A stretch of DNA of 27,742 nucleotides from positions 1 to 27,742 of IMG/VR virus record IMGVR_UViG_3300037330_000002. One strand, 5' to 3'. Source of the DNA: a virus (Duplodnaviria > Caudoviricetes). Both the position numbers and the translations under genes were made by a program. Below the pieces are notes generated by a model. That model was not told where the DNA came from and did no database searches. It saw only the letters and a program-made list of their open reading frames with translations. Every line of letters begins with the position of its first letter. Within the stretch, counting starts at the first letter, position 1. Positions 9,067 through 18,235 of this stretch are shown piece after piece.

Positions 9067-10563
9067 ATGGCAATATCAAGCGCGGTCGACGCGTCAGCAG
9101 TGGCGCGAGTAGTCGGCATAAAAACAATATTTAAAGACCTACGGGCGGGTGGTGTTTTATTTCTGCCCCAGCGTGTCGCGGTCGTGGGCCAAGGCTCTAC
9201 AGCGTTGACATATGCGACCACAAAACAACAAGTAACTAGCGCAACGCAGGCAGCAACGCTTTACGGCTTTGGATCCCCGATCCACCTAGCAGTATTGCAG
9301 CTTTTGCCGACGAATGGCGATGGTGTCGGGACTATCCCGGTCACAGTTTATCCGCTTGACGATGCCGGCAGCGGTGTTGCAGCGGCGGGTGACATTACGC
9401 CGAGCGGCACAGTTACTACCTCAGGCGCGTACGTAGTTAAAATTAATAATATTAGTTCGCAGCAATTTGTTATTGCAGCCGGCGCAAGCGTGGCCGCGAT
9501 ATGTGCATCTATAACCGCAGCGGTTAATGCTACGTTACAAATACCGGTGATTGCAGTTGATGATACAACTAAAGTCGACATTACAGCTAAATGGAAGGGT
9601 ACAAGCTCTAACGACCTAATAATTGAAGTTATCGGGCCGACGGACGCGGGTGTTTCTTTTGCGTTTACTCAGCCTGAGGGAGGCCTTGTAAATCCGGATG
9701 TTGACGTTGCTTTAAATCAGGTCGGCAACGTTTGGGAAACCATGGTACTTAATTGCATGGACATTGCGGATACAACTTCTTTGGGCAAGTACACTGTATT
9801 TGGCGAAGGCCGATGGGGCGCGCTAGTGCGCAAACCGCTAGTTGTTTTCACAGGTAATACGGCAGCTGCGGTCTCAGGCGCAACAGAAGTTTCAAACGTG
9901 CGCAAAACCGACCGAGTTAACGCTCAGTTAGTGGCGCCGGGTTCTAAAGACTTGCCACTAATGACAGCGGCCAGACAGTTAGCTCGGATTGTTAAAGTAG
10001 CTAATAATAACCCGCCACAAGATTATGGCAGCCAAGACGCAACCGGCTTAACGCCCGGAACCGACGGCGAGCAGTGGACTTATTTGCAGCGAGACGAGGC
10101 TATTAAAAAAGGCAGTTCATCGATTATTGTTAAAGATAGCGTTGTTAATATTGCGGATGTTGTTACTTTCTTTAATCCTAGCGGGGACCCCGCGCCAGCA
10201 TATCGCTATGTTGTGGATATCGTTAAGCTGCAAAACATAATCTTTAATTTAGATTTGATTTTTGCAACGCCTGAATGGGACGGGGCGCCATTAATACCCA
10301 ATGACCAGCCGACTGTTAACAGGCTGGCCAAGAAGCCCAAGTCAGCAGTTGCGGCGGTAGCGTCATTGCTTGATAGTCTGGGGTTAAACGCTATTATAAG
10401 CGACCCGACAACAGCCAAGGCGAACACGATAGCGCAGATAAACGCGCAAAATCCAAAGCGCCTCGACTTATCAATCACGGTTCAATTAAGCGGAAATGCA
10501 AATATAATTTCTGTGGATTTAAATTTTGGATTTTTCTTTGGTACGGCCACAGTCGTAGCGTAA
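9067..10563 (+). CDS. Contractile tail sheath protein (Mu gpL-like)
   Basis: 498 aa; QRVAVVGQ, AATLYGFGSPIH, ITAKWKG..SND and NPKRLD motifs; AGGAG RBS. Confidence 0.92.
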   Translation: MAISSAVDASAVARVVGIKTIFKDLRAGGVLFLPQRVAVVGQGSTALTYATTKQQVTSATQAATLYGFGSPIHLAVLQLLPTNGDGVGTIPVTVYPLDDAGSGVAAAGDITPSGTVTTSGAYVVKINNISSQQFVIAAGASVAAICASITAAVNATLQIPVIAVDDTTKVDITAKWKGTSSNDLIIEVIGPTDAGVSFAFTQPEGGLVNPDVDVALNQVGNVWETMVLNCMDIADTTSLGKYTVFGEGRWGALVRKPLVVFTGNTAAAVSGATEVSNVRKTDRVNAQLVAPGSKDLPLMTAARQLARIVKVANNNPPQDYGSQDATGLTPGTDGEQWTYLQRDEAIKKGSSSIIVKDSVVNIADVVTFFNPSGDPAPAYRYVVDIVKLQNIIFNLDLIFATPEWDGAPLIPNDQPTVNRLAKKPKSAVAAVASLLDSLGLNAIISDPTTAKANTIAQINAQNPKRLDLSITVQLSGNANIISVDLNFGFFFGTATVVA

Positions 10564-10578
10564 CAGGAGTCATATAAC

Positions 10579-10962
10579 ATGGCAGCAACAGGTGGAAGCA
10601 TTGAAAGCGTTACACTAGCGGGCCGCAATTTTGCGGTCGCAGCGGACGCGGAAGCCCAGCGCAAGCTAGGCGGATTTGAGAACGAAGTCCAAGCGAACGG
10701 GGACGGCACGGCGCGATTAATAAAAACGCGAGTACCGTTGTCGATCGATGGATTAATGTTAGAGATTGACGACGACCGAGGAGACCAAGAGTTTTTGCAA
10801 GAGCTAAGTGATAGCCCGGATTTTTTTCCGATTGTTATCTCTTACGCCTCGGGTAAAGATTATCAGGGAACAGCTCAAATAGTTGGCGAGACTCAGGCAA
10901 GTAGCCAGAACGCAACAGCGGCCGTTAATCTGATGGGGCCAGGCGTTTTAACTCAGCAATAA
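10579..10962 (+). CDS. Tail tube protein
   Basis: 127 aa directly after the sheath gene, matching Mu-type tube size and position; AGGAG RBS. Confidence 0.8.
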   Translation: MAATGGSIESVTLAGRNFAVAADAEAQRKLGGFENEVQANGDGTARLIKTRVPLSIDGLMLEIDDDRGDQEFLQELSDSPDFFPIVISYASGKDYQGTAQIVGETQASSQNATAAVNLMGPGVLTQQ

Positions 10963-11062
10963 ATTAAGTTATAGGGCAATATGTTGCGCGGGCGCCCTAT
11001 CCCCCTCGCCTGCTTTGCGGCAGGGCGTGACACTCAATTAATTAAGCAAATAGGGCTAAATT

Positions 11063-11470
11063 ATGAATGATGTAGTAGCGAAAGAAGTAGCAGAAGCGGA
11101 GTTCCTTAGATTTGTGGATGCAATGGATCTTGATGTTGAGCCGGCGGATATGGACGAGGACGACCTAAAGGGTTTTAATCAGCAGAAAAATAGGATCATA
11201 TCCGCAATACAGAGCGGATCATTAGTTGTTAGCGACAAAGGCGAGCCGATTTACACGCCGCAGCGGACAAACGACGCGCAAGCGATCACGTTTTACGAAG
11301 CGACAGGGTCAGCATTGATGGCGATGGATCGTAAAAAGAAAACTGAGGACATTGGTAAACTCTATGCTGCCATGGGCGAGATAACAAAAACCCACGCGAA
11401 TGTATTCAGCAAAATGAAAATGTCAGATTTAAAAATTTGCATGGCGATCACAACGCTTTTTTTGGGATAG
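11063..11470 (+). CDS. Tail assembly chaperone (short form)
   Basis: Between tube and tape measure genes; ends CTT TTT TTG GGA TAG, containing a slippery heptamer. Confidence 0.8.
   Translation: MNDVVAKEVAEAEFLRFVDAMDLDVEPADMDEDDLKGFNQQKNRIISAIQSGSLVVSDKGEPIYTPQRTNDAQAITFYEATGSALMAMDRKKKTEDIGKLYAAMGEITKTHANVFSKMKMSDLKICMAITTLFLG
11458..11464 (+). other. Programmed -1 ribosomal frameshift site T TTT TTG
   Basis: X XXY YYZ heptamer in the correct phase; the -1 frame is open to 11676; same heptamer as the phage P2 E/E' frameshift. Confidence 0.8.
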
Positions 11471-11676
11471 TTCGGACAAAACTAGTTAGGCGAGGCGCAG
11501 ACGAGGCTATCCCAAAGGGCAGCCACACTTTGCAAAATGTATACACAGAAATGTTATTGCAGATAAGCCGCGACTACTCAGGGCTACCGGACCCCCGAAC
11601 ACTACTAGCGCATGAAATAAGATTTTTTTACGAAGGTTTGCGAGAAGAGTTAAAAGCGCACACAAGACCAAAATAA
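11458..11676 (+). CDS. Tail assembly chaperone frameshift extension (G-T / E' equivalent)
   Basis: -1 frame ORF (..FGIVRTKLVRRG...HTRPK) with no convincing start of its own, ending just before the tape measure RBS. Confidence 0.72.
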   Translation, partial: FFGIVRTKLVRRGADEAIPKGSHTLQNVYTEMLLQISRDYSGLPDPRTLLAHEIRFFYEGLREELKAHTRPK

Positions 11677-11685
11677 GGAGCATGT

Positions 11686-13608
11686 ATGGCGGGCCGTTTT
11701 AGTGTAGAAGCAGTTTTTAAAGCGGTCGACAGGGTCACGGCCCCGGTTTCTCGTATGCAAAACAGAGTCTCTAAATTTACTCGGTCAATTGGGCGGGGTT
11801 TTGACAAACTGAATCGCAACGTTGGCCGTTTTGCGTCCGGCGTTAAACGCGGCGCCATTGCAATAACTGCAGCGCTTGCTATCTCGGGCGTTGCTATGGC
11901 TAACGTGATCGGCATAGGCGCGGATTTTGAACAAACACTAGTTAACGCTGCCGTTAAATTCCCCGGCGAGATCCGCAAAGGCACGGAAGCATTTAACGTA
12001 TTGGGCGACGCTGCCAAAGATGTGGGTTCAACAACAGAATTCACAGCTAACCAAGCGGCGAGCGCGCTTAACTTCCTAGCTATGGCGGGATTTAACGCCG
12101 AGGGGGCAGTCGCGGCATTACCAGGCGTTGTGGATTTAGCAACAGCCGCCCAAGTTAATCTAGCCACTGCCACAGATATAGCCTCCGACACACTAGGCGC
12201 GTTTAGTCTGATGACTAAAGACACCGCAGCCTTAGGCTTAAATCTAGCGCGTGTCAATGACGTTATAGCGAAAACCACTACCAGCGCAAACACAACGGTC
12301 GAATCATTATTTGAGACCATAAGAGAGAGCGGACCTGTAGCAACAGCGGCGGGCGCGTCTATTGAAACCTTTGCGGCATTTGCTGGGGAGCTGGCAAACT
12401 CAGGTATTAAGGGCAGCAAAGCGGGAACAACCTTAAAAAATACATTTTTATCACTGGCTGCACCAACGGCGGGGGCTTCTAAAATACTGCGTAAGCTGGG
12501 CGTTTCAACACAAGACGCTAACGGCGATATGCTCGACATTGTAGACGTATTGGGTCAACTAGATAAATCATTAGCGGGACTTGGCACAGCGGAGCGCGCG
12601 GGCGTTTTAGAAGGCATATTTGGCAAGATCCCAATTGCGGGTGTTAACATATTGTTAGCGTCGGGAGCTGATAGACTACGCGAGTATAGAACAGAGCTAG
12701 AAGGCGCTAGCGGGGCCGCAGCGAAAATGGCGGCAGTAATGAGAGATACGCTTCGCGGTCGTATAAATTCGCTTACGTCGGCGCTAGAGGGCGTTAAAAT
12801 AGGATTGTTTGGAGAGACGAGCGGGCCACTTGCGGACGCTATCGACGAAATGACTCAATCAGTAAGAGATTTTGACCCAACAAAATTAAGTGAGTTTATA
12901 GCTAAAATAATAAATAATCGCGAAGCCATCTTCACATTTATTAAACGCTTGGCCATAGGCTTGGCGGTTTTCTTTGCGTTCGCTGCGGTACTTAAAACCA
13001 TTGCGCTAGTGCTAACAGTAGTTAACTTAGTGATGGCGGCTAACCCTATTGTGCTTATTGTGCTAGGGATTATGGCGCTTATTGCGGCAATTGCTTTAGT
13101 TATTGTTTATTTTAAAGACTTAGTTAGCGCATTTAAAAACAGCAGCGATGGCATGAGCATGATGGTCGCAGGCATCGCTATATTAATGGGGCCTATTGGC
13201 TGGTTAATTGGCTCGGCGGCGCTCATATTTAAGCACTGGGGGCCCATAAAAGCATTCTTCAAGGACCTGTGGGCCGACGTTGTGGATATTTTCAATGTGG
13301 CCATAAATAAAGTAATGGGGTTGGTCGACAAAGTTAAAAACGCGGCGGCGTCTATTGTTAGCACAATCCGCAGCATAGGCGGCGGCGTTGGCGAGTTCTT
13401 CGGATTTGGACCCGACAAAACAGGCGCACGCAGTGCAGGCACGGGTCCGCAAATAATAAGCCCACAGGCACGCACCGCGCGCACGATAGAAGAGTCGCGG
13501 ACAAGTAGCTCGGCGGAGGTCACTATTCGCGACGCAACAGGGCGCGCGGAGGTTACAAGCGGAAGTATGGGGCCGGGTCTGTCTTTGCAGCAATCGGGAG
13601 CGTTTTAA
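11686..13608 (+). CDS. Tail tape measure protein (TP901-type core)
   Basis: 640 aa, Ala/Gly-rich; TTEFTANQAASALNFLAMAGF and GIKGSKAGT motifs; hydrophobic segments with ANPI; AGGAG RBS. Confidence 0.93.
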   Translation: MAGRFSVEAVFKAVDRVTAPVSRMQNRVSKFTRSIGRGFDKLNRNVGRFASGVKRGAIAITAALAISGVAMANVIGIGADFEQTLVNAAVKFPGEIRKGTEAFNVLGDAAKDVGSTTEFTANQAASALNFLAMAGFNAEGAVAALPGVVDLATAAQVNLATATDIASDTLGAFSLMTKDTAALGLNLARVNDVIAKTTTSANTTVESLFETIRESGPVATAAGASIETFAAFAGELANSGIKGSKAGTTLKNTFLSLAAPTAGASKILRKLGVSTQDANGDMLDIVDVLGQLDKSLAGLGTAERAGVLEGIFGKIPIAGVNILLASGADRLREYRTELEGASGAAAKMAAVMRDTLRGRINSLTSALEGVKIGLFGETSGPLADAIDEMTQSVRDFDPTKLSEFIAKIINNREAIFTFIKRLAIGLAVFFAFAAVLKTIALVLTVVNLVMAANPIVLIVLGIMALIAAIALVIVYFKDLVSAFKNSSDGMSMMVAGIAILMGPIGWLIGSAALIFKHWGPIKAFFKDLWADVVDIFNVAINKVMGLVDKVKNAAASIVSTIRSIGGGVGEFFGFGPDKTGARSAGTGPQIISPQARTARTIEESRTSSSAEVTIRDATGRAEVTSGSMGPGLSLQQSGAF

Positions 13609-13611
13609 ATT

Positions 13612-14001
13612 ATGAGAATTACCGTTGCATGTCCAGAACAATTACAATCAGACTCAAACCAACTTGCCATGTGTTTAGCCTTAAGCGTAGCCGATGTGGA
13701 TACATATAAACATCTTTCATGGCAGGATGCAGAAGGTAATCTATATGCTGTAGCGAGTTTCCCGACAACTGACGCATGGATTCACTTCGCTCAGAACACG
13801 CTTAATAGACCCGCGTGGGATGTTGACAGCGTCATTGATATGGACGCTGTTTTCAGAGCGCAAAGTAAACTAGTGTTTAGCGATGCCGCAATCGAAGCAG
13901 TGCCTAATAAACTAACAGCTTGCTTAGGCGATAACGGCTTAGATGTCCTTTTAAATATGGGCTTGTTTGCGATACCTAGTAGCGAAGAGGGTTTAATTTA
14001 A
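13612..14001 (+). CDS. Hypothetical protein (accessory cassette gene 1)
   Basis: 129 aa ORF starting 3 nt after the tape measure stop; TAATG coupling to the next gene. Confidence 0.65.
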   Translation: MRITVACPEQLQSDSNQLAMCLALSVADVDTYKHLSWQDAEGNLYAVASFPTTDAWIHFAQNTLNRPAWDVDSVIDMDAVFRAQSKLVFSDAAIEAVPNKLTACLGDNGLDVLLNMGLFAIPSSEEGLI

Positions 14002-14810
14002 TGGCATTTGACCCAGCAACCCTATTCGCTAATGGTGAAGTTGGCGCATGGTACGAGCCAAGGGACATAACAACCCTATTTCAAGATGCAGCGGGGACAA
14101 TACCTGTAACAGCTGATGGTCAACCTGTGGGTAAAATGCTTGATAAGTCAGGTAATGGGTATCATGCGACTGAATCAGTGGCTAGTAAGCGCCCTACGTT
14201 TAGAGATGTGGGCGGGGTTCAATGGTTAGAGTTTGATGGAGTAGACGATAGCCTTAATTTGGGAAGTTTTCTTTTAACATCGGATAGCGTATTATCTACT
14301 GCCTTCACGTCAACGGGATATATAGCTTTAGCAGGAGATACTGGAGGCGGTCGTTTTATTGGTCTTGGTAGGGATAGGGGTAGCGAAAATACAACCTCAA
14401 CTAACAACGTTAGTAGTCCAACAGTACTTTTAGATGGGGTAGCTTTTTCAAATAAAACACAAACAGAACTTTTTAATGCCGCAAGTGGGAATGGTAGCCA
14501 TGTTTATTCTGTTGGAGGGGATTATACTCAGTGGTCTAACAGTGCGTTTATAGGTAAGAGTAATGATGAAACTATGCACCATGAGGGTGCTATTTACGGA
14601 ATTATCATCTATGAAGGTGAGACTACACAAAAGACACAGGATGTAAGTAAATACCTAACCGCGTTATCTGTGCCAGCTGTAACACCGCCCACGCCCACGC
14701 CCGGCGAAGATTTTACAATTCAGATCGACACGTCTATAAAAGTCCTACTAATTGACGCAAGCACAAAAATAATAGAAACTACACCCAACAACTACACAAT
14801 AAAGGTATAG
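14001..14810 (+). CDS. Putative lectin-like (ConA/LamG-type beta-sandwich) virion appendage protein
   Basis: GAWYEPRDITTLFQDAAGT..VTADGQPVG.MLDKSGNGYHAT...RPT...LEFDGVDD pattern recalled from phage fibre LamG-like domains; Pro/Thr linker near the C-terminus. Confidence 0.6.
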   Translation: MAFDPATLFANGEVGAWYEPRDITTLFQDAAGTIPVTADGQPVGKMLDKSGNGYHATESVASKRPTFRDVGGVQWLEFDGVDDSLNLGSFLLTSDSVLSTAFTSTGYIALAGDTGGGRFIGLGRDRGSENTTSTNNVSSPTVLLDGVAFSNKTQTELFNAASGNGSHVYSVGGDYTQWSNSAFIGKSNDETMHHEGAIYGIIIYEGETTQKTQDVSKYLTALSVPAVTPPTPTPGEDFTIQIDTSIKVLLIDASTKIIETTPNNYTIKV

Positions 14811-14813
14811 CCG

Positions 14814-15164
14814 ATGTTAATTTCACTAACCGCCGCGATAGACTCGGGCAATGAAACCGTATTTAATGTGATCGATAGCGACGGCGCCATTGTGGATTTA
14901 ACAGCATTAGGCGCTACAGTTGTCACGGTTGAAGTGTGCGGCCCTCTTATTAATAATGGGTCTGGCGTCACTATCGACAGCACGACCGACGATGTCACGT
15001 TCTTAAATGATGTCGTGCGCGTTAAATTCGGCCAGCTTGATTTAAAAAGCTCACCGCCTTTTTACTACCCAAAAATCAGTTACGTAACAGCGGCCGACAC
15101 TGAAAAAGAAGTGCTAGTTGGAGAAGGCTACGCGACAGAAATTAAACTCAAGGTTATTTGCTAA
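14814..15164 (+). CDS. Hypothetical beta-rich protein, possibly an Ig-like/BppU-N-like adaptor
   Basis: 116 aa; DSDGAIVDLT motif and alternating beta pattern; TAATG coupling to the next gene. Confidence 0.5.
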   Translation: MLISLTAAIDSGNETVFNVIDSDGAIVDLTALGATVVTVEVCGPLINNGSGVTIDSTTDDVTFLNDVVRVKFGQLDLKSSPPFYYPKISYVTAADTEKEVLVGEGYATEIKLKVIC

Positions 15165-16408
15165 TGGCTTGGACTGATCGCATTAGAGAGGCGGCCTATA
15201 CTTCTCCTTCGGGCGTTAGGTTAACTTTTGACTATGAGAATGTCAGTAAAACCGTTGACAAGAAGACAACTAGTTTTGAGTTTCCGGATGCGAACGGAAG
15301 CTATGTCCAAGACCTTGGAAACACCGGGCGACAATACCCGCTGCGTGTATTTTTTTGGGGTGGCGATTACGACCTTAGAGCCGAAGCGTTCGAAGCCGCG
15401 TTATTAGAGCGCGGTACAGGCAAACTAGAGCACCCGATTTATGGCACTGTGAACGTGGTCCCATTTGGCACTATTACCCGGCGAGACGATTTAAAAACCG
15501 GCGCAAATCAAGCCGTATTTGAAATAGTATTTTTCGAGACCATAGGGCTAATTTATCCTTCTTCTCAGACAGACCCTGCCAGTTCAGTATTAGCAGCGGT
15601 CGACGAGTATAACGATGCAGCGGCGCAAGAATTTGACGACGTGACCTCGTTAGACAACGCAGTCGACGCGGTTACATTCAAAAACGAATATCGGGCGCTA
15701 CTGGATTCGGTCAGCAGTGGGCTGCAGTCAATAGCAAACGAGCAAGACAATGTAAGAACGCAATTTAATGCGGTACGTGACTCTATAAATCAAGGCATTG
15801 ATGTATTGATAGCGGACCCGCTTACGTTGGCGTTTCAGACTTTAATACTATTACAGGCACCCGCGCGAGCGCTGACAATTATAACGGCCCGGTTAGATGC
15901 TTATAAAAATTTAGCGGACAGCATTATAACAGGCAATAACGCGGTTGTTACGCCGAGTTTTGACTCGAGAAGTTCGAACCTATTTCACATTAACGATCTC
16001 TATGCGTCTACGTATTTGAGCGGTTCTGTGGTCTCAGTAGTTAATACTCAGTTTACGACTAAAACCGAAGCATTAACGGCGGCGGAATTCATACTTACTC
16101 AGCTTGACGACCTAAACAACTGGCGTGACGCTAATTTTAAAGCGTTGGCAGAAATCGACACCGGTGCAGCATATCAACAATTACAAGAAGCGGTCGCGCT
16201 TACGGCTGGGTTTTTGGTTGAAATATCATTCACATTGCGCCAAGAGCGCCGAGTGGTTTTAGATCGCAACCGTACGATCATTAATTTAGTAGCTGAATTC
16301 TACGGCAGCGTTGATGACCAGCTAGACTTTTTTATAAATTCAAACAGCTTAACAGGTTCGGAGATACTAGAAGTACCGAGGGGGCGCGAAGTTGTCTATT
16401 ATATATAG
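15164..16408 (+). CDS. Mu gp43 (gpN)-like DNA circularization / tail tube initiator protein
   Basis: AWTDRIREAAY, FEFPDANGSYVQDLG and GKLEHPIYG motifs; C-terminal LysM-like segment (LVAEFYGS). Confidence 0.85.
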   Translation: MAWTDRIREAAYTSPSGVRLTFDYENVSKTVDKKTTSFEFPDANGSYVQDLGNTGRQYPLRVFFWGGDYDLRAEAFEAALLERGTGKLEHPIYGTVNVVPFGTITRRDDLKTGANQAVFEIVFFETIGLIYPSSQTDPASSVLAAVDEYNDAAAQEFDDVTSLDNAVDAVTFKNEYRALLDSVSSGLQSIANEQDNVRTQFNAVRDSINQGIDVLIADPLTLAFQTLILLQAPARALTIITARLDAYKNLADSIITGNNAVVTPSFDSRSSNLFHINDLYASTYLSGSVVSVVNTQFTTKTEALTAAEFILTQLDDLNNWRDANFKALAEIDTGAAYQQLQEAVALTAGFLVEISFTLRQERRVVLDRNRTIINLVAEFYGSVDDQLDFFINSNSLTGSEILEVPRGREVVYYI

Positions 16409-17627
16409 CGTTCTGGGCGGTGATACATTCGAAACCATATCACGTAAAAAGTACGGCACTGAGGCCGAAGCCGAACGCATAGCAGAGTCTAACCCCGGCG
16501 CAGCGTTACCGCTCGCGGCCGGTACGACATTAACTATTCCAACGCTACCGCAAGCACCCCGAAACGCACCGCAGTCAGCAGCGAGCGCTACAGAGGACGA
16601 GGTCGCGGTATTAATTAACGGTAATCGTTTTAGATTTTGGGATAAAATCAGGATCATTCGCTCAATAGATGCCATGGACACGGTCGAGTTTGGCGCACCC
16701 TTTGATTATAGCGCGCCGGGTTTCCGCGAGTCCTTCCGCCCGTTTGACTTCAAACCCGTTACAATTACCGTCGGCGGGGTGGCGCTATTTACTGGGACAA
16801 TGGTATCGGTTGCGCCCGTCATTGAAAACGGGCAGAAAATAATATCAGTAAGCGGGTATTCACTGCCTGGCGTATTAAACGATTGCACGCCGCCCGCCAG
16901 TTCATTTCCGCTAGAATTTAACGAACAAGGTTTACGCGAAATTGCATCGGCACTCGCCGAACCGTTTGGAATTAACGTTAAATTTAGGGCAGACCAAGGG
17001 CCAGTATTTGAACGTGTGGCCATAGAGCCCGGTCAAAAAGTACTTGCATTTTTAACAGAACTAGCAAAACAAAGAAATTTAATTATAGCTAGTTCGTCAC
17101 CGGGCGATCTAATATTCTTGCAATCATCCGAGGGCGGAGTTTCGGTTGCTAATTTGGAGCAAGGCGCTGCGCCTTTGTTAACAGTAGCGCCATTTTTCAG
17201 CCCACAAGAATACTATAGCCACATTACTGGCATTGAGCCCGTATTCGTCGGACTGGCAGGATCGCAATATACTGTTAAAAATCCGCGTTTATTAGGAGTA
17301 GTACGGCCCCTAACATTCAACGCGCCCGACACACTTGACGCGGACGTAATCGCAACGGTAGAAGCTAAAGCGGGGCGTATGTTTGCTAACATGGTGTCCT
17401 ATTCGGTCAGAGTAGCAACGTGGCGCGACCCAGGCGGTAATCTTTGGCAGCCGAACACGTCAATTAAATTACTAGCGCCCGACGCCATGGTATACAGCGA
17501 ATACGAGTTTATTATACGTTCGATACAATTTGAGCAAGACAGCACCACGCAAACGGCAACCTTAAACTTAGTTATACCGGGCTCGTTTAGCGGAAAAATA
17601 CCGGAGTCTTTACCATGGGACGCCTAG
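16392..17627 (+). CDS. Baseplate hub protein (Mu gp44/gpP-like) with N-terminal LysM domain
   Basis: TTG start with GAGGGG RBS; YSVLGGDTFETISRKKYG LysM; Mu gpP-like motifs (LFTG, LNDCT, IEPGQKV..FL..LA.QR, WRDPGGNLWQPN). Confidence 0.85.
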   Translation: MSIIYSVLGGDTFETISRKKYGTEAEAERIAESNPGAALPLAAGTTLTIPTLPQAPRNAPQSAASATEDEVAVLINGNRFRFWDKIRIIRSIDAMDTVEFGAPFDYSAPGFRESFRPFDFKPVTITVGGVALFTGTMVSVAPVIENGQKIISVSGYSLPGVLNDCTPPASSFPLEFNEQGLREIASALAEPFGINVKFRADQGPVFERVAIEPGQKVLAFLTELAKQRNLIIASSSPGDLIFLQSSEGGVSVANLEQGAAPLLTVAPFFSPQEYYSHITGIEPVFVGLAGSQYTVKNPRLLGVVRPLTFNAPDTLDADVIATVEAKAGRMFANMVSYSVRVATWRDPGGNLWQPNTSIKLLAPDAMVYSEYEFIIRSIQFEQDSTTQTATLNLVIPGSFSGKIPESLPWDA

Positions 17628-18235
17628 CCGTATTACTGTCATTTTTGAGAACAACTAAAAACAGCGCCAAGGTGTCCGACGTTAAAGTCAATCCGGGCGG
17701 CGGGGCTAACGTAACAGCCGAGCATTTTTCTGCGGCGGGGGATGATTCGCACCCAATACCCGGCGACTTCGTGGCCTTAAACGGCGACAGCGGGACAGGA
17801 CGCGAAGTCGCTATAGGGTATTTAGACCCTACAAACGCGCCCAAAGCATTAACGGGCGATAAAAGAATATACGCGCGGGGCAGTAACGGCATGCTAATTG
17901 TTGAAGTGTGGCTTAAAAACACGGGCGAGGCGACATCTGTCAATGCTAACGGTTCGGTTACGCTGCAACCCGACGGGGGGACATTGATCACAACGCCCGC
18001 AAGCACCTTTGACGCAAAAGCAGACGGCAGTATAAAAGGGGCTAACGGCAACGGTTCTTTCGAACTAGCGGTAAATGGTGATTTTTTAGTAAACGGTGTT
18101 ACTATAGATACGAGTGGCAACATATCAACGGCCGGAACGTTAAACGCCGACGATATAACAGCTGACAATCAAGACGTAACACTTAGCACCCACGAGACGC
18201 CGTCATTCGGCGCACCACCGACACCGGGGACATAA
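17615..18235 (+). CDS. Baseplate spike (Mu gp45 / P2 gpV-like)
   Basis: SHPIPGD OB-fold motif, GDKRIYA, Gly/Asn-rich beta repeats, C-terminal VTLSTH. Confidence 0.8.
   Translation: MGRLAVLLSFLRTTKNSAKVSDVKVNPGGGANVTAEHFSAAGDDSHPIPGDFVALNGDSGTGREVAIGYLDPTNAPKALTGDKRIYARGSNGMLIVEVWLKNTGEATSVNANGSVTLQPDGGTLITTPASTFDAKADGSIKGANGNGSFELAVNGDFLVNGVTIDTSGNISTAGTLNADDITADNQDVTLSTHETPSFGAPPTPGT

Noticed and set aside
11001-11032. Intrinsic terminator after the tube gene
   Set aside because: A hairpin is present but no U-tract follows; treated as part of a structured leader
11628-12539. 303-aa antisense ORF within the tape measure gene
   Set aside because: Codon-aligned shadow of an Ala/Gly-rich gene
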